Of a DNA stretch of 27,390 nt, positions 8,742 to 16,140 are shown piece after piece. Location: positions 1 to 27,390 of IMG/VR virus record IMGVR_UViG_3300020044_004293. One strand, written 5' to 3'. This DNA is from a virus. Its lineage: Duplodnaviria; Caudoviricetes. The translations under genes were made by a program, and so were the position numbers. The first letter of the stretch is position 1. Each line of letters begins with the position of its first letter. A model generated the notes under the pieces. That model saw only the letters and a program-made list of their open reading frames with translations. It did no database searches and was not told the DNA's origin.

Positions 8742-9860
8742 ATGGCTGTGAATACCGCAAAGCGTCGTGCAAAGAACCAAGCAATCCTTGCATCACAAAA
8801 GAAATATGAACCAACAATCGACCAGCTGGACTTTACGACCAGTCTGAGTCGTGCGTTGGGTTACTATTCTGTAAACACTGGTGCCAAAGAACAGAAGTTA
8901 TTCACGATTGAGTTCTTCTCAAAGAAAGAACCCAAGATTGCTAAGCAACTTAAGAAACTCCCTGACCATCGTTTCACCACATTTGGGTCACTCTGTCGTT
9001 TGATGACAAACGAACAGACCACTATCAAGCAATTGACTGATTTCAGTCCATTCTTTGCTAGCCGACTCAAAGAGATGATTGAAGACGCAAAGAAAATCCA
9101 AGAGCAGATCGAAGTGATTAAACCAGTCACCAATGTCATAAGCATTCAAGAACGAATGGAAGAGAAAGCACATGACCTTGCTGGCGAAATTGATGGAGCC
9201 ATAGATGAGTTCATTCTCACAAAGGGTAAGGGTAATCAATTCTCGACGAAGAATTATCTACTATCAAATGAAGTTGCAGCACCAATCGCAAAGCGAATTG
9301 GAGAGTTCTATGTTAAACAGCTGCAAGAAATTCGTGACACCATCCAAGGGGATGATGAGCAACTCAACGAAGGATATTCATTCCTCAGTAAACGAGAACT
9401 GAAGAAGTTTGCAGAGTTCTTGGAAAGTATCATTAACGACTGCAATCAGCAGGTGCAGACTGCTAAGGCTAATCGTGCTCCACGAAAGCGTAAGCCACAA
9501 CCACCTAGCAAGATTGTATCAAAGATGAAGTTCATGAAGGACTTTGCTGAGTTCAATCTGAAGTCTATCAAACCAGAGACCATTGTTGGATCGTCTGAAG
9601 TTTGGGTGTACAATACTAAGTATCGTAAGGTAACTGTTTACAAAGCCATCAATGATGTGCTGACAGTTAAGGGTACGACTCTTATTGGATTTGATATCAA
9701 AGAGTCGCAGACAATGATGTTGCGTAAGCCAGCAGAATTCTTTAAGGGATTGACTATTGGCAAACGACCACTGAATGCTGCATTCAAGAAACTGACAACG
9801 AAACCTTCTACACCGAATGGTCGGATTAATGAAGAGTGTATCATTCTCGGAGCATTTTGA
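8742..9860 (+). CDS. Conserved T4-like hypothetical protein upstream of RNase H
   Basis: Long ORF with SD GGAG; C-terminal motifs VYNTKYRK, VKGTT, LRKP and GRINEE-IIL. Confidence 0.75.
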   Translation: MAVNTAKRRAKNQAILASQKKYEPTIDQLDFTTSLSRALGYYSVNTGAKEQKLFTIEFFSKKEPKIAKQLKKLPDHRFTTFGSLCRLMTNEQTTIKQLTDFSPFFASRLKEMIEDAKKIQEQIEVIKPVTNVISIQERMEEKAHDLAGEIDGAIDEFILTKGKGNQFSTKNYLLSNEVAAPIAKRIGEFYVKQLQEIRDTIQGDDEQLNEGYSFLSKRELKKFAEFLESIINDCNQQVQTAKANRAPRKRKPQPPSKIVSKMKFMKDFAEFNLKSIKPETIVGSSEVWVYNTKYRKVTVYKAINDVLTVKGTTLIGFDIKESQTMMLRKPAEFFKGLTIGKRPLNAAFKKLTTKPSTPNGRINEECIILGAF

Positions 9861-10483
9861 TGGAGTTTACTTACATCGCTGATGGAATCGATGCTGTCGT
9901 CATTGATAACTTTTATAGCGAAGAACAGTTAAATCATATCAACAAACAATTACAATCTTTAACTGATGAACAACACATGGTCGCTGATAAAGATAAACTT
10001 GAAGCAGCAGTTGATATTGACGGGAATTTTATTACAACAAAATATGGTGTATGGATTAATGATGTAGAATCTCCACTCATTAAGTTTTCAATAGAAAACT
10101 TTTCTGACGAACAATTAGTTGAAACTATTATTGGCTTCAACTCAATGTACAGAATTCTATTCTTTCTTAATCGTAGATCTCATTTGGTCTCGTATTATGA
10201 GAATGCTGGATATTATTCTAAACATATAGATGCTAGTGTATTTACTATACTAAATTATTTTCACAAAGAACCGAAACAATTTAAAGGTGGTGATATAATC
10301 GTATACTCGAAAGATTACACTAAAAAGGCGACCATTGAAACAAGAAATAATCGAGTTGTTATTATACCAAGTTGCACAACACACGAAGTTACACAGGTTG
10401 AAATGACATCTTATAAACTAGATGGCACTGGAAGATATTGCTGTTCAATTTTTGCAGAAACTCAAAATAAAGAAAATATATGA
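9860..10483 (+). CDS. 2OG-Fe(II) oxygenase (prolyl 4-hydroxylase-like)
   Basis: YY-NAGYYSKHID (HxD), FKGGD, distal H-V and R-C. Confidence 0.85.
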   Translation: MEFTYIADGIDAVVIDNFYSEEQLNHINKQLQSLTDEQHMVADKDKLEAAVDIDGNFITTKYGVWINDVESPLIKFSIENFSDEQLVETIIGFNSMYRILFFLNRRSHLVSYYENAGYYSKHIDASVFTILNYFHKEPKQFKGGDIIVYSKDYTKKATIETRNNRVVIIPSCTTHEVTQVEMTSYKLDGTGRYCCSIFAETQNKENI

Positions 10484-11373
10484 TTCTAATTGATTATTCC
10501 CAAGTTGCTCTTGCAGCAATCCTTACCTTCCAACGAGAGTTGAAGGGAACAGAGTCTGAGGTTAAAAACCTCATTCGTCATGTCACACTATCAACTATCA
10601 AGTCATACAAGAAAAAGTATGGCAAAGAATATGGAGATATTGTAATCTGTTGTGATGGTCGTAAGTACTGGCGCAAGGAATTCTTTGCTAACTACAAAGG
10701 TATGCGTAAGAGTAATCGAGATAAATCAGATCTCGACTGGGGTCTTATCTTTGATACTCTCAACGAGATGCGTCAAGATATCGCACAACACTTTCCTTGG
10801 AAGGTAATGCATATCGATCGTGCTGAGGCAGATGATATCATTGCTGTATTGACCAAACATCTACAAGAGAACGATTTGGTCCAACAGGGATTGATGGAAG
10901 AACCACAGAAGATTCTTATTCTGTCTTCTGACAAAGACTTCAAGCAGTTGCAGTTGTACGATAATGTTAAGCAGTGGTCACCAATGCAGAAGAAGTATGT
11001 GACTGCAACTCAACGAGAAATTATTGAGTACAAGATTGAGCATATCGTTAAGGGTGATGCTGGTGATGGAGTGCCAAACATTCTAAGCAAAGATGATGTG
11101 TTCATGAATGGAGACAGACAGAAACCAGTTAGCGCAAAACGACTACAAGAATTCTTTGACAATGGTTTCATTGCATGTCGTAACGATGAAGAGCGACGCA
11201 ACTGGCATCGTAACTCTACTCTGGTAGACTTCCAGCATATTCCAGAAGATGTTTCTAAAACGATTATTGATTCGTACATAAGTAATAAGCCAACTGGTGA
11301 TAAGATGACTGTTATGAATTACTTAATGGAACATCGTTGCCGATTATTGTTAGATGAACTAGAGGATTTTTAA
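10480..11373 (+). CDS. rnh: T4-type RNase H (5'-3' exonuclease)
   Basis: MILIDYSQ, YWRK, YKG-R, EADDII, SSDKDFKQL and KGDAGDGVPNILS motifs. Confidence 0.95.
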   Translation: MILIDYSQVALAAILTFQRELKGTESEVKNLIRHVTLSTIKSYKKKYGKEYGDIVICCDGRKYWRKEFFANYKGMRKSNRDKSDLDWGLIFDTLNEMRQDIAQHFPWKVMHIDRAEADDIIAVLTKHLQENDLVQQGLMEEPQKILILSSDKDFKQLQLYDNVKQWSPMQKKYVTATQREIIEYKIEHIVKGDAGDGVPNILSKDDVFMNGDRQKPVSAKRLQEFFDNGFIACRNDEERRNWHRNSTLVDFQHIPEDVSKTIIDSYISNKPTGDKMTVMNYLMEHRCRLLLDELEDF

Positions 11374-11795
11374 TGAGAAAATATGTAACCCAGATGTTGG
11401 ATGCAGTTAATGCAGACCCAAAGGTAATCCAGCAGTACAAAGATGACGCAGCATTAAAGATAATCTTTGAGTATGCGTTTGATCCTGCTAAGAAAATGAT
11501 TCTACCTGAAGGAGATCCACCATTCAAGCCTAGTGCTGAACCAATGGGTATGACACCAACTAATCTGTTCAGCGAATTGCGTCGTATGTATGTATTCTGT
11601 AGAGCAGATTTAAAACCAATCAAGCGAGAGAGTCTATTCATCTCCTTGCTTGAAGGTGTTCATCCTGAAGAAGCAAAGATGTTAATTGCTGTAAAAGATC
11701 AGAAGCTGACTAAACTGTATCCAAAGATTACACATAAGTTGGTTGCTGAGGCTGGAATGGTTCCAGCACCTGTGAAGAAAGAAAAATCCGTTTAA
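11373..11795 (+). CDS. Conserved T4-like protein following rnh
   Basis: LPEGDPPFKP and KRESLFI-LLEGVHP-EA motifs; synteny with rnh. Confidence 0.75.
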   Translation: MRKYVTQMLDAVNADPKVIQQYKDDAALKIIFEYAFDPAKKMILPEGDPPFKPSAEPMGMTPTNLFSELRRMYVFCRADLKPIKRESLFISLLEGVHPEEAKMLIAVKDQKLTKLYPKITHKLVAEAGMVPAPVKKEKSV

Positions 11796-11813
11796 TATTT
11801 TTGGAGATATATT

Positions 11814-12305
11814 ATGCCTAATTGGTGTTCAAATAGTTTAACAATCGTACACGAAGATTCTGAGAAGGTGGATGCACTGGAAGCAGAATTGAAGAAAGGT
11901 GACGATGCCCAAGTTTTCAATCACATTGTTCCTCGTCCTCTTGAGGAAGAAGAGAATTGGTACAGTTGGAATGTAAACAACTGGGGAACCAAATGGGATG
12001 TGACACCATACAGCTGGGAACGAGATGGTAACAGAATCAGTATGAATTTTGATACTGCGTGGAGTCCTCCAACTACGCTATACGAAACTATGGTAGACGA
12101 TGGATGGGAAGTTCGTGCATTTTATCATGAACCTGGAATGGTATTCATCGGCATGTACGAAGATGGATTCGATGACTACTATGAGTATGACATTACTGAT
12201 AGAGAGTCAATCGAGAATCTGCCAGAAGAGTTAGTTGAATATGGTAATCTCATGGAAGAACATGAGAATTGGATTGCAGAACAGGAAGATGAAGAGGAAA
12301 ATTAA
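11814..12305 (+). CDS. DUF1281/Api92-like ferredoxin-fold protein
   Basis: MPNWC-N, WY-W-V-NWGTKWD, FDTAWSPP and EPGM-F-G motifs. Confidence 0.75.
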   Translation: MPNWCSNSLTIVHEDSEKVDALEAELKKGDDAQVFNHIVPRPLEEEENWYSWNVNNWGTKWDVTPYSWERDGNRISMNFDTAWSPPTTLYETMVDDGWEVRAFYHEPGMVFIGMYEDGFDDYYEYDITDRESIENLPEELVEYGNLMEEHENWIAEQEDEEEN

Positions 12306-13048
12306 TGTTTTGGTTTAAGCCAACCAAGATAGTTGTTGATTGTTTCACATACCACCATGGTATATTTGATTTTTACCGACCTGTTAAAGCCAGCAATTTT
12401 ATTCCTGATGGTTGGAAGGCACTACCTAAGAAAGTTGACTTAAAGTGTTTTCCAAATAATTCAGAAAGTAAAATGTATGTGGATGGAGCAACTGCAAAGA
12501 CATGTGTTGGTTTTATCAATCTATACAGATCTGGATTTATTTTACAAAACGCAGTAGAACTAAACTTAGAGATTAGTAAAGATGGTAACTTAAATGTACA
12601 CTCAACAGATCCTCTGCGCCCAATGCAAGTGTCTCAACACGACTCCTATCAAGTATGGGATGGGTTTTATAGAGATTATGCTCATGTTAAACTGACTCCA
12701 CCATGGAGTCTTGTAGAAAAAACTGGAGTGAACTTTCTATTCACCAAATGTACTTGGAATGATACTCACATTGCAGATAACTTTCATGTGCTTAATGGTA
12801 TTGTTGACTATAAAATACAACACAACTGTGCTGTAAACTTTTATGCAAAGAAAGATTCCATCGTTAAATTATATGCAGGGCAACCACTGGCACATATTAT
12901 TCCTCTATCAGATAAAAAGATAGAATTAAAATATCATCTGATTTCTAGTGAAGAATATATGCATAGATTTGGCTTTGTGCCAGCGAACAGATTGTATCCT
13001 GAATTTGAACGAGTGAAGAAAACTTGTCCCTTTGGATTTGGAAAATGA
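12305..13048 (+). CDS. Hypothetical phage protein
   Basis: TAKTCVG, KL-PPW, G-VDY and AGQPLAHIIPL motifs; C-terminal CPF. Confidence 0.7.
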   Translation: MFWFKPTKIVVDCFTYHHGIFDFYRPVKASNFIPDGWKALPKKVDLKCFPNNSESKMYVDGATAKTCVGFINLYRSGFILQNAVELNLEISKDGNLNVHSTDPLRPMQVSQHDSYQVWDGFYRDYAHVKLTPPWSLVEKTGVNFLFTKCTWNDTHIADNFHVLNGIVDYKIQHNCAVNFYAKKDSIVKLYAGQPLAHIIPLSDKKIELKYHLISSEEYMHRFGFVPANRLYPEFERVKKTCPFGFGK

Positions 13049-13503
13049 AACAGAAATGGATTGATGCATTCATGGACACAGCGGAGAGATTCGCACAGTT
13101 GTCCAGTGCTAAACGATTGAAGGTTGGTGCTGTGGTCGTGAAAGACAATCGTATCATCTCAATTGGATATAATGGTATGCCATCTGGATGGACTAATGAG
13201 TGTGAAGAAGTTGTCACACCATCACTTCCATACTTGCAAGGCGATGGTCCAGTATTAAAAACTAAGGATGAAGTTATTCATGCTGAAGCAAACGCAATAC
13301 TCAAATTGGCTCGTGATGGTGAATCAGGCAATGGCTCCAGTTTATTCTGCACTCATGCTCCTTGCATTCAGTGCGCTAAGTTAATCCATGGAGCAGGGAT
13401 ACAGAAACTCTATTATCGGGATTCCTACAGAGACGACAATGGTCTAGCCTTCCTAGAAGCCTGCAATATAGAGGTCCAAAAAGTGCTTGACATTAATTCA
13501 TAA
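13045..13503 (+). CDS. cd: dCMP deaminase
   Basis: VGAVVV, IGYNG, HAEANAI and PCIQC zinc motifs. Confidence 0.93.
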   Translation: MKQKWIDAFMDTAERFAQLSSAKRLKVGAVVVKDNRIISIGYNGMPSGWTNECEEVVTPSLPYLQGDGPVLKTKDEVIHAEANAILKLARDGESGNGSSLFCTHAPCIQCAKLIHGAGIQKLYYRDSYRDDNGLAFLEACNIEVQKVLDINS

Positions 13504-13515
13504 ATACTGTATAAT
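13487..13515 (+). promoter_or_regulatory. Consensus sigma70 promoter
   Basis: TTGACA-N17-TATAAT. Confidence 0.88.
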
Positions 13516-13521
13516 AGACTT

Positions 13522-13863
13522 ATGAAAAATTGGAAAGGTATGCAAATGAAGAAGAAACTATCGTCGTTTATTGCAGTTGCTCTTGTAGCATCTTGTGGTT
13601 ACGCACCTGCTGCTCATGCTTGGGGTGCGAGAGAACAAGGTATCCTTACTGGTGTTGCAGGTCTTTGGGTGTTTCAGCAATTGTCTAAACCACCTGTTGC
13701 AGTTTACCAACAACCAGTTCCAGTTTATGTTCCACAACCACAAACTGTGTATGTGTATCCCACTCAAGCACCAGTGATTCAGTATCCAAATACTGTCTGC
13801 GAATTGCGCAGCGAATATGTAAATGGTCAAGTTATTACTGGAAATTTTTGCTATCAGCGTTAA
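13522..13863 (+). CDS. Small exported Pro/Val/Tyr-rich protein
   Basis: Signal peptide ending AHA; alternative starts at 13540 and 13546 follow SD AAAGG. Confidence 0.65.
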   Translation: MKNWKGMQMKKKLSSFIAVALVASCGYAPAAHAWGAREQGILTGVAGLWVFQQLSKPPVAVYQQPVPVYVPQPQTVYVYPTQAPVIQYPNTVCELRSEYVNGQVITGNFCYQR

Positions 13864-13917
13864 TTTTTCCTATATAATTAACAACCCTACGAACAGTAAG
13901 GTTATTTTAAAATAAGT

Positions 13918-13946
13918 TTGACTTTAAACCGAAAGAAGAATAGAAT
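13918..13946 (+). promoter_or_regulatory. Sigma70-type promoter P1 of the tRNA region leader
   Basis: TTGACT-N17-TAGAAT with an AT-rich upstream tract. Confidence 0.75.
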
Positions 13947-13952
13947 TCTACC

Positions 13953-14072
13953 ATGAACTCGAAAATGATATCCTTAAGCAGAAAGCACCTACCACTTAAT
14001 AGTGGCTGGACATGCTCACGCCCACAGTATACATTTGCGATTGAGTTGGATAGTGGGGGTTTTGGAAAGTAA
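13953..14072 (+). CDS. Putative attenuator leader peptide (39 aa, leaderless)
   Basis: MNSKMISLSRKHLPLNSGWTCSRPQYTFAIELDSGGFGK*; 33 distinct codons; its 3' end overlaps the antiterminator strand. Confidence 0.65.
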   Translation: MNSKMISLSRKHLPLNSGWTCSRPQYTFAIELDSGGFGK

Positions 14073-14107
14073 AGTATAGACTAACAAGTTTATTTCCCAA
14101 AACCCTC
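14055..14107 (+). promoter_or_regulatory. Antiterminator hairpin
   Basis: GGGGGTTTTGGAAAGTAAA (14055-14073) pairs with TTTATTTCCCAAAACCCTC (14089-14107): 18 of 19 positions pair, including 2 G-U. Confidence 0.72.
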
Positions 14108-14137
14108 TACCTGAAAAGTTAGAGGGTTTTTTGTTTT
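14099..14137 (+). terminator. Intrinsic terminator (attenuator)
   Basis: Perfect 11-bp stem AAAACCCTCTA / TAGAGGGTTTT followed by TTGTTTT. Confidence 0.85.
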
Positions 14138-14142
14138 AGGGG

Positions 14143-14171
14143 TTGACTATCATGTCAACATGAGATAAGAT
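14143..14171 (+). promoter_or_regulatory. Possible second promoter P2, overlapped by an inverted repeat
   Basis: TTGACT-N17-TAAGAT; the palindrome GTTGAC-N6-GTCAAC spans 14142-14159. Confidence 0.55.
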
Positions 14172-14178
14172 CTCTCCC

Positions 14179-14190
14179 TGTTCTTTAAAA
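14179..14190 (+). promoter_or_regulatory. rrn-type boxA antitermination element
   Basis: TGTTCTTTAAAA versus the boxA consensus TGCTCTTTAACA, located just before the first tRNA. Confidence 0.65.
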
Positions 14191-14207
14191 ATTTGCGTAC
14201 CATATGT

Positions 14208-14281
14208 TCCCGAGTAGTGTAGTGGTAACACACCAGACTTTGACTCTGTTATTGTAAGTTCGATTCTTACCTCGGGTGCCA
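14208..14281 (+). tRNA. tRNA-Gln(UUG)
   Basis: Cloverleaf; anticodon loop CTTTGAC; CCA end. Confidence 0.88.
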
Positions 14282-14388
14282 AACATAAACACATTGCGTG
14301 ACGCCACTGTCGTAAGTGCTGCAGCACGAGAAGATAAAAAGCCTAAGCATGCAGATGGGCTCGCATGGCGTAATGTGTTTTTGTTTGG
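14279..14388 (+). ncRNA. Putative structured RNA A
   Basis: Closing stem of about 20 bp, CCAAACATAAACACATTGCG / CGTAATGTGTTTTTGTTTGG. Confidence 0.45.
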
Positions 14389-14446
14389 TTTAATTTTTTG
14401 AAAGAGAGGATGATATGAAACGAAGTTCGAAAACTCGAAAACCTAT

Positions 14447-14521
14447 GGGGGTATAACTTAACGGCTAAAGTAGTAGGCTTTTAACCTATTAATCAGAGTT
14501 CGATTCTCTGTGCCCCTACCA
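14447..14521 (+). tRNA. tRNA-Lys(UUU)
   Basis: Anticodon loop CTTTTAA; GTTCGA T-loop; CCA end. Confidence 0.9.
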
Positions 14522-14534
14522 AGAATTCTTTGGT

Positions 14535-14608
14535 GTGACTATGATGTAGCGGTAGCATCTCAGATTGTGATTCTGATCGTATGGGTTCAACTCCCATTAG
14601 TCACCCCA
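14535..14608 (+). tRNA. tRNA-His(GUG)
   Basis: Anticodon loop TTGTGAT; C73; CCA end; position -1 is T rather than G. Confidence 0.88.
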
Positions 14609-14618
14609 AAGAATTTTT

Positions 14619-14694
14619 GCCGAGATAGCTCAGTTGGTAGAGCGACAGACTGAAAATCTGTGCGTGGGCGGTTCGATCCCGTCTCTCGGTACCA
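14619..14694 (+). tRNA. tRNA-Phe(GAA)
   Basis: Canonical cloverleaf; anticodon loop CTGAAAA. Confidence 0.95.
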
Positions 14695-14698
14695 ATAC

Positions 14699-14773
14699 AG
14701 CCAATTAGCTCAGTGGTAGAGCAATCGCTTGATAAGCGATAGGTCAGTGGATCGTAACCACTATTGGCTACCA
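14699..14773 (+). tRNA. tRNA-Ile(GAU)
   Basis: Anticodon loop TTGATAA; atypical T-loop ATCGTAA. Confidence 0.88.
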
Positions 14774-14779
14774 ATTTAT

Positions 14780-14868
14780 GGAAGGTTAATTCAGCTGGGC
14801 TGGACTCTGCCTTGAAAGCAGAAGGTGTGCGAAAGCGCATGGAGTTCGATTCTACCATCCTTCCTCCA
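14780..14868 (+). tRNA. tRNA-Ser(UGA)
   Basis: Anticodon loop CTTGAAA; long variable arm. Confidence 0.85.
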
Positions 14869-14878
14869 AGTTATATGT

Positions 14879-15337
14879 ATGATGAAAACTATATTTACAT
14901 TCCTGCTGTTTATTCCTCTTGTTGCTAATGCATGCAATGGTTATGTGATAGCATTCAGAGGATTGAAGGATGTGTTCGATCAGAGAGAACTAAACATTTA
15001 CTCTAGTCGTCTTGCATACTGCAGTAAAACTTTTTCTTGGCATAAAGAAAAAGATGCGATAGAATTTATCAGTACAATAAATGTTCCGTATCAGTTGTAT
15101 GGATTTAGTAGAGGAGCAGGTTCTGTTGTTACAGTATTAAAACAAGTAAAGACAAAACCTGAGTATGTGATAACGATCGGTGCGTATAAAACTACTGATG
15201 TAGATTTTAGTAAGTACAATGTTCGTTATGATAATTTCTTTGACAACTCTGGCATTGGTCAGCGTAGTCCTGGAATGTATATGAATGTTCCTCATGATAA
15301 GATACAATCTGAAGTGAATAAATTTTTGCCTCGTTAA
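14879..15337 (+). CDS. Exported alpha/beta-hydrolase-like protein inside the tRNA array
   Basis: Signal peptide and a GFSRG (GxSxG) motif; the stop codon overlaps the 5' end of tRNA-Val. Confidence 0.65.
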   Translation: MMKTIFTFLLFIPLVANACNGYVIAFRGLKDVFDQRELNIYSSRLAYCSKTFSWHKEKDAIEFISTINVPYQLYGFSRGAGSVVTVLKQVKTKPEYVITIGAYKTTDVDFSKYNVRYDNFFDNSGIGQRSPGMYMNVPHDKIQSEVNKFLPR

Positions 15338-15402
15338 CTCAGCGGTAGAGTGTCTCCCTTACAAGGAGAAGGTCGGCAGTTCGATCCTGTCACGAGGTAC
15401 CA
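15328..15402 (+). tRNA. tRNA-Val(UAC)
   Basis: Anticodon loop CTTACAA; CCA end. Confidence 0.92.
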
Positions 15403-15403
15403 T

Positions 15404-15478
15404 GCGTCTTTAGTAAAATGAATATTACACATCGCTACGAACGATGAAGTGGGAGTTTGATTCTCTCAGGACGCACCA
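15404..15478 (+). tRNA. tRNA-Arg(ACG)
   Basis: Anticodon loop CTACGAA; CCA end. Confidence 0.85.
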
Positions 15479-15484
15479 AGATTA

Positions 15485-15574
15485 GGAAGATGGGCAGGAC
15501 GGTAATGCAGCGGATTGCTAATCCGTAGATTCACGAAAGTGGGTCACAGGGTTCGACTCCCTGATCTTCCACCA
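15485..15574 (+). tRNA. tRNA-Ser(GCU)
   Basis: Anticodon loop TTGCTAA; long variable arm. Confidence 0.9.
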
Positions 15575-15582
15575 GTTAGTAT

Positions 15583-15676
15583 GCTCCCATAGTTTAATGG
15601 TAAAACACCTGCTTTATACGCAGTTCCGTCGCCAGATTAGCGAGCGATCTAGGTTCGAATCCTAGTGGGAGTACCA
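15583..15676 (+). tRNA. tRNA with UAU anticodon (Ile by anticodon) and a long variable arm
   Basis: CTGC-TTTATAC-GCAG anticodon arm; extra arm of about 20 nt; CCA end. Confidence 0.75.
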
Positions 15677-15681
15677 GTATT

Positions 15682-15756
15682 GGGCTGATAGCTTAATGGT
15701 AAAGCAGTCGACTCATAATCGATCGAGTCTGTGTTCAATTCACAGTCAGCCCACCA
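15682..15756 (+). tRNA. tRNA-CAU, probably Ile2 (lysidine type)
   Basis: Anticodon arm GTCGA-CTCATAA-TCGAT resembles bacterial tRNA-Ile2. Confidence 0.75.
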
Positions 15757-15759
15757 AAT

Positions 15760-15838
15760 GCCCTTGTGGACAAATTGGGAAAGTCGTCTCTCTCAAAAGG
15801 AGAAGTTGTTCTGAGTTCGAATCTCAGCAGGGGCACCA
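15760..15838 (+). tRNA. tRNA-Leu(CAA) with a short variable region
   Basis: TCTCT-CTCAAAA-GGAGA anticodon arm; A73; CCA end. Confidence 0.78.
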
Positions 15839-15846
15839 GATAGTTG

Positions 15847-15875
15847 TTGACATGCAAGATTGTTTGATGTATAAT
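15847..15875 (+). promoter_or_regulatory. Internal sigma70 promoter in the tRNA array
   Basis: TTGACA-N17-TATAAT. Confidence 0.85.
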
Positions 15876-15884
15876 AGAGTTAAT

Positions 15885-15969
15885 GCGAGTATGGTGGAAT
15901 AGGTAGACACAAGAGACTTAAAATCTCTCGCCTTCGTGCGTGTCGGTTCAAGTCCGACTACTCGTACCA
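15885..15969 (+). tRNA. tRNA-Leu(UAA)
   Basis: Anticodon loop CTTAAAA; long variable arm. Confidence 0.92.
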
Positions 15970-15974
15970 ATTTT

Positions 15975-16049
15975 ATCCCCATAGTATAATGGATAATACA
16001 GCAGTCTTCTAAACTGCGAATCGAGGTTCGATTCCTCGTGGGGGTGCCA
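15975..16049 (+). tRNA. tRNA-Arg(UCU)
   Basis: Anticodon loop CTTCTAA; CCA end. Confidence 0.92.
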
Positions 16050-16058
16050 GAGATAAAT

Positions 16059-16132
16059 GTAGGTGGAGCCAGTTGGACAGGCACTGGATTGCAAACCCAT
16101 GGAAGCAGGTTCGATTCCTGTCACCTACTCCA
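16059..16132 (+). tRNA. tRNA-Cys(GCA)
   Basis: Anticodon loop TTGCAAA; U73; imperfect anticodon stem. Confidence 0.8.
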
Positions 16133-16140
16133 GATAGTTG

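Noticed and set aside
14825-14878. N-terminal extensions of ORFs into tRNAs (also 18428 and 21392)
   Set aside because: They overlap tRNA genes; downstream ATGs with better context were used instead.
15583-15676. Reading this tRNA as an ochre suppressor (UUA anticodon)
   Set aside because: The stem CTGC/GCAG centres a 7-nt loop TTTATAC on TAT, and TAA is used normally as a stop throughout the window.
15760-15838. Reading this tRNA as Sec or opal suppressor (UCA anticodon)
   Set aside because: The stem register gives U33 followed by CAA; there is no long arm or extended acceptor stem, and TGA stops look normal.
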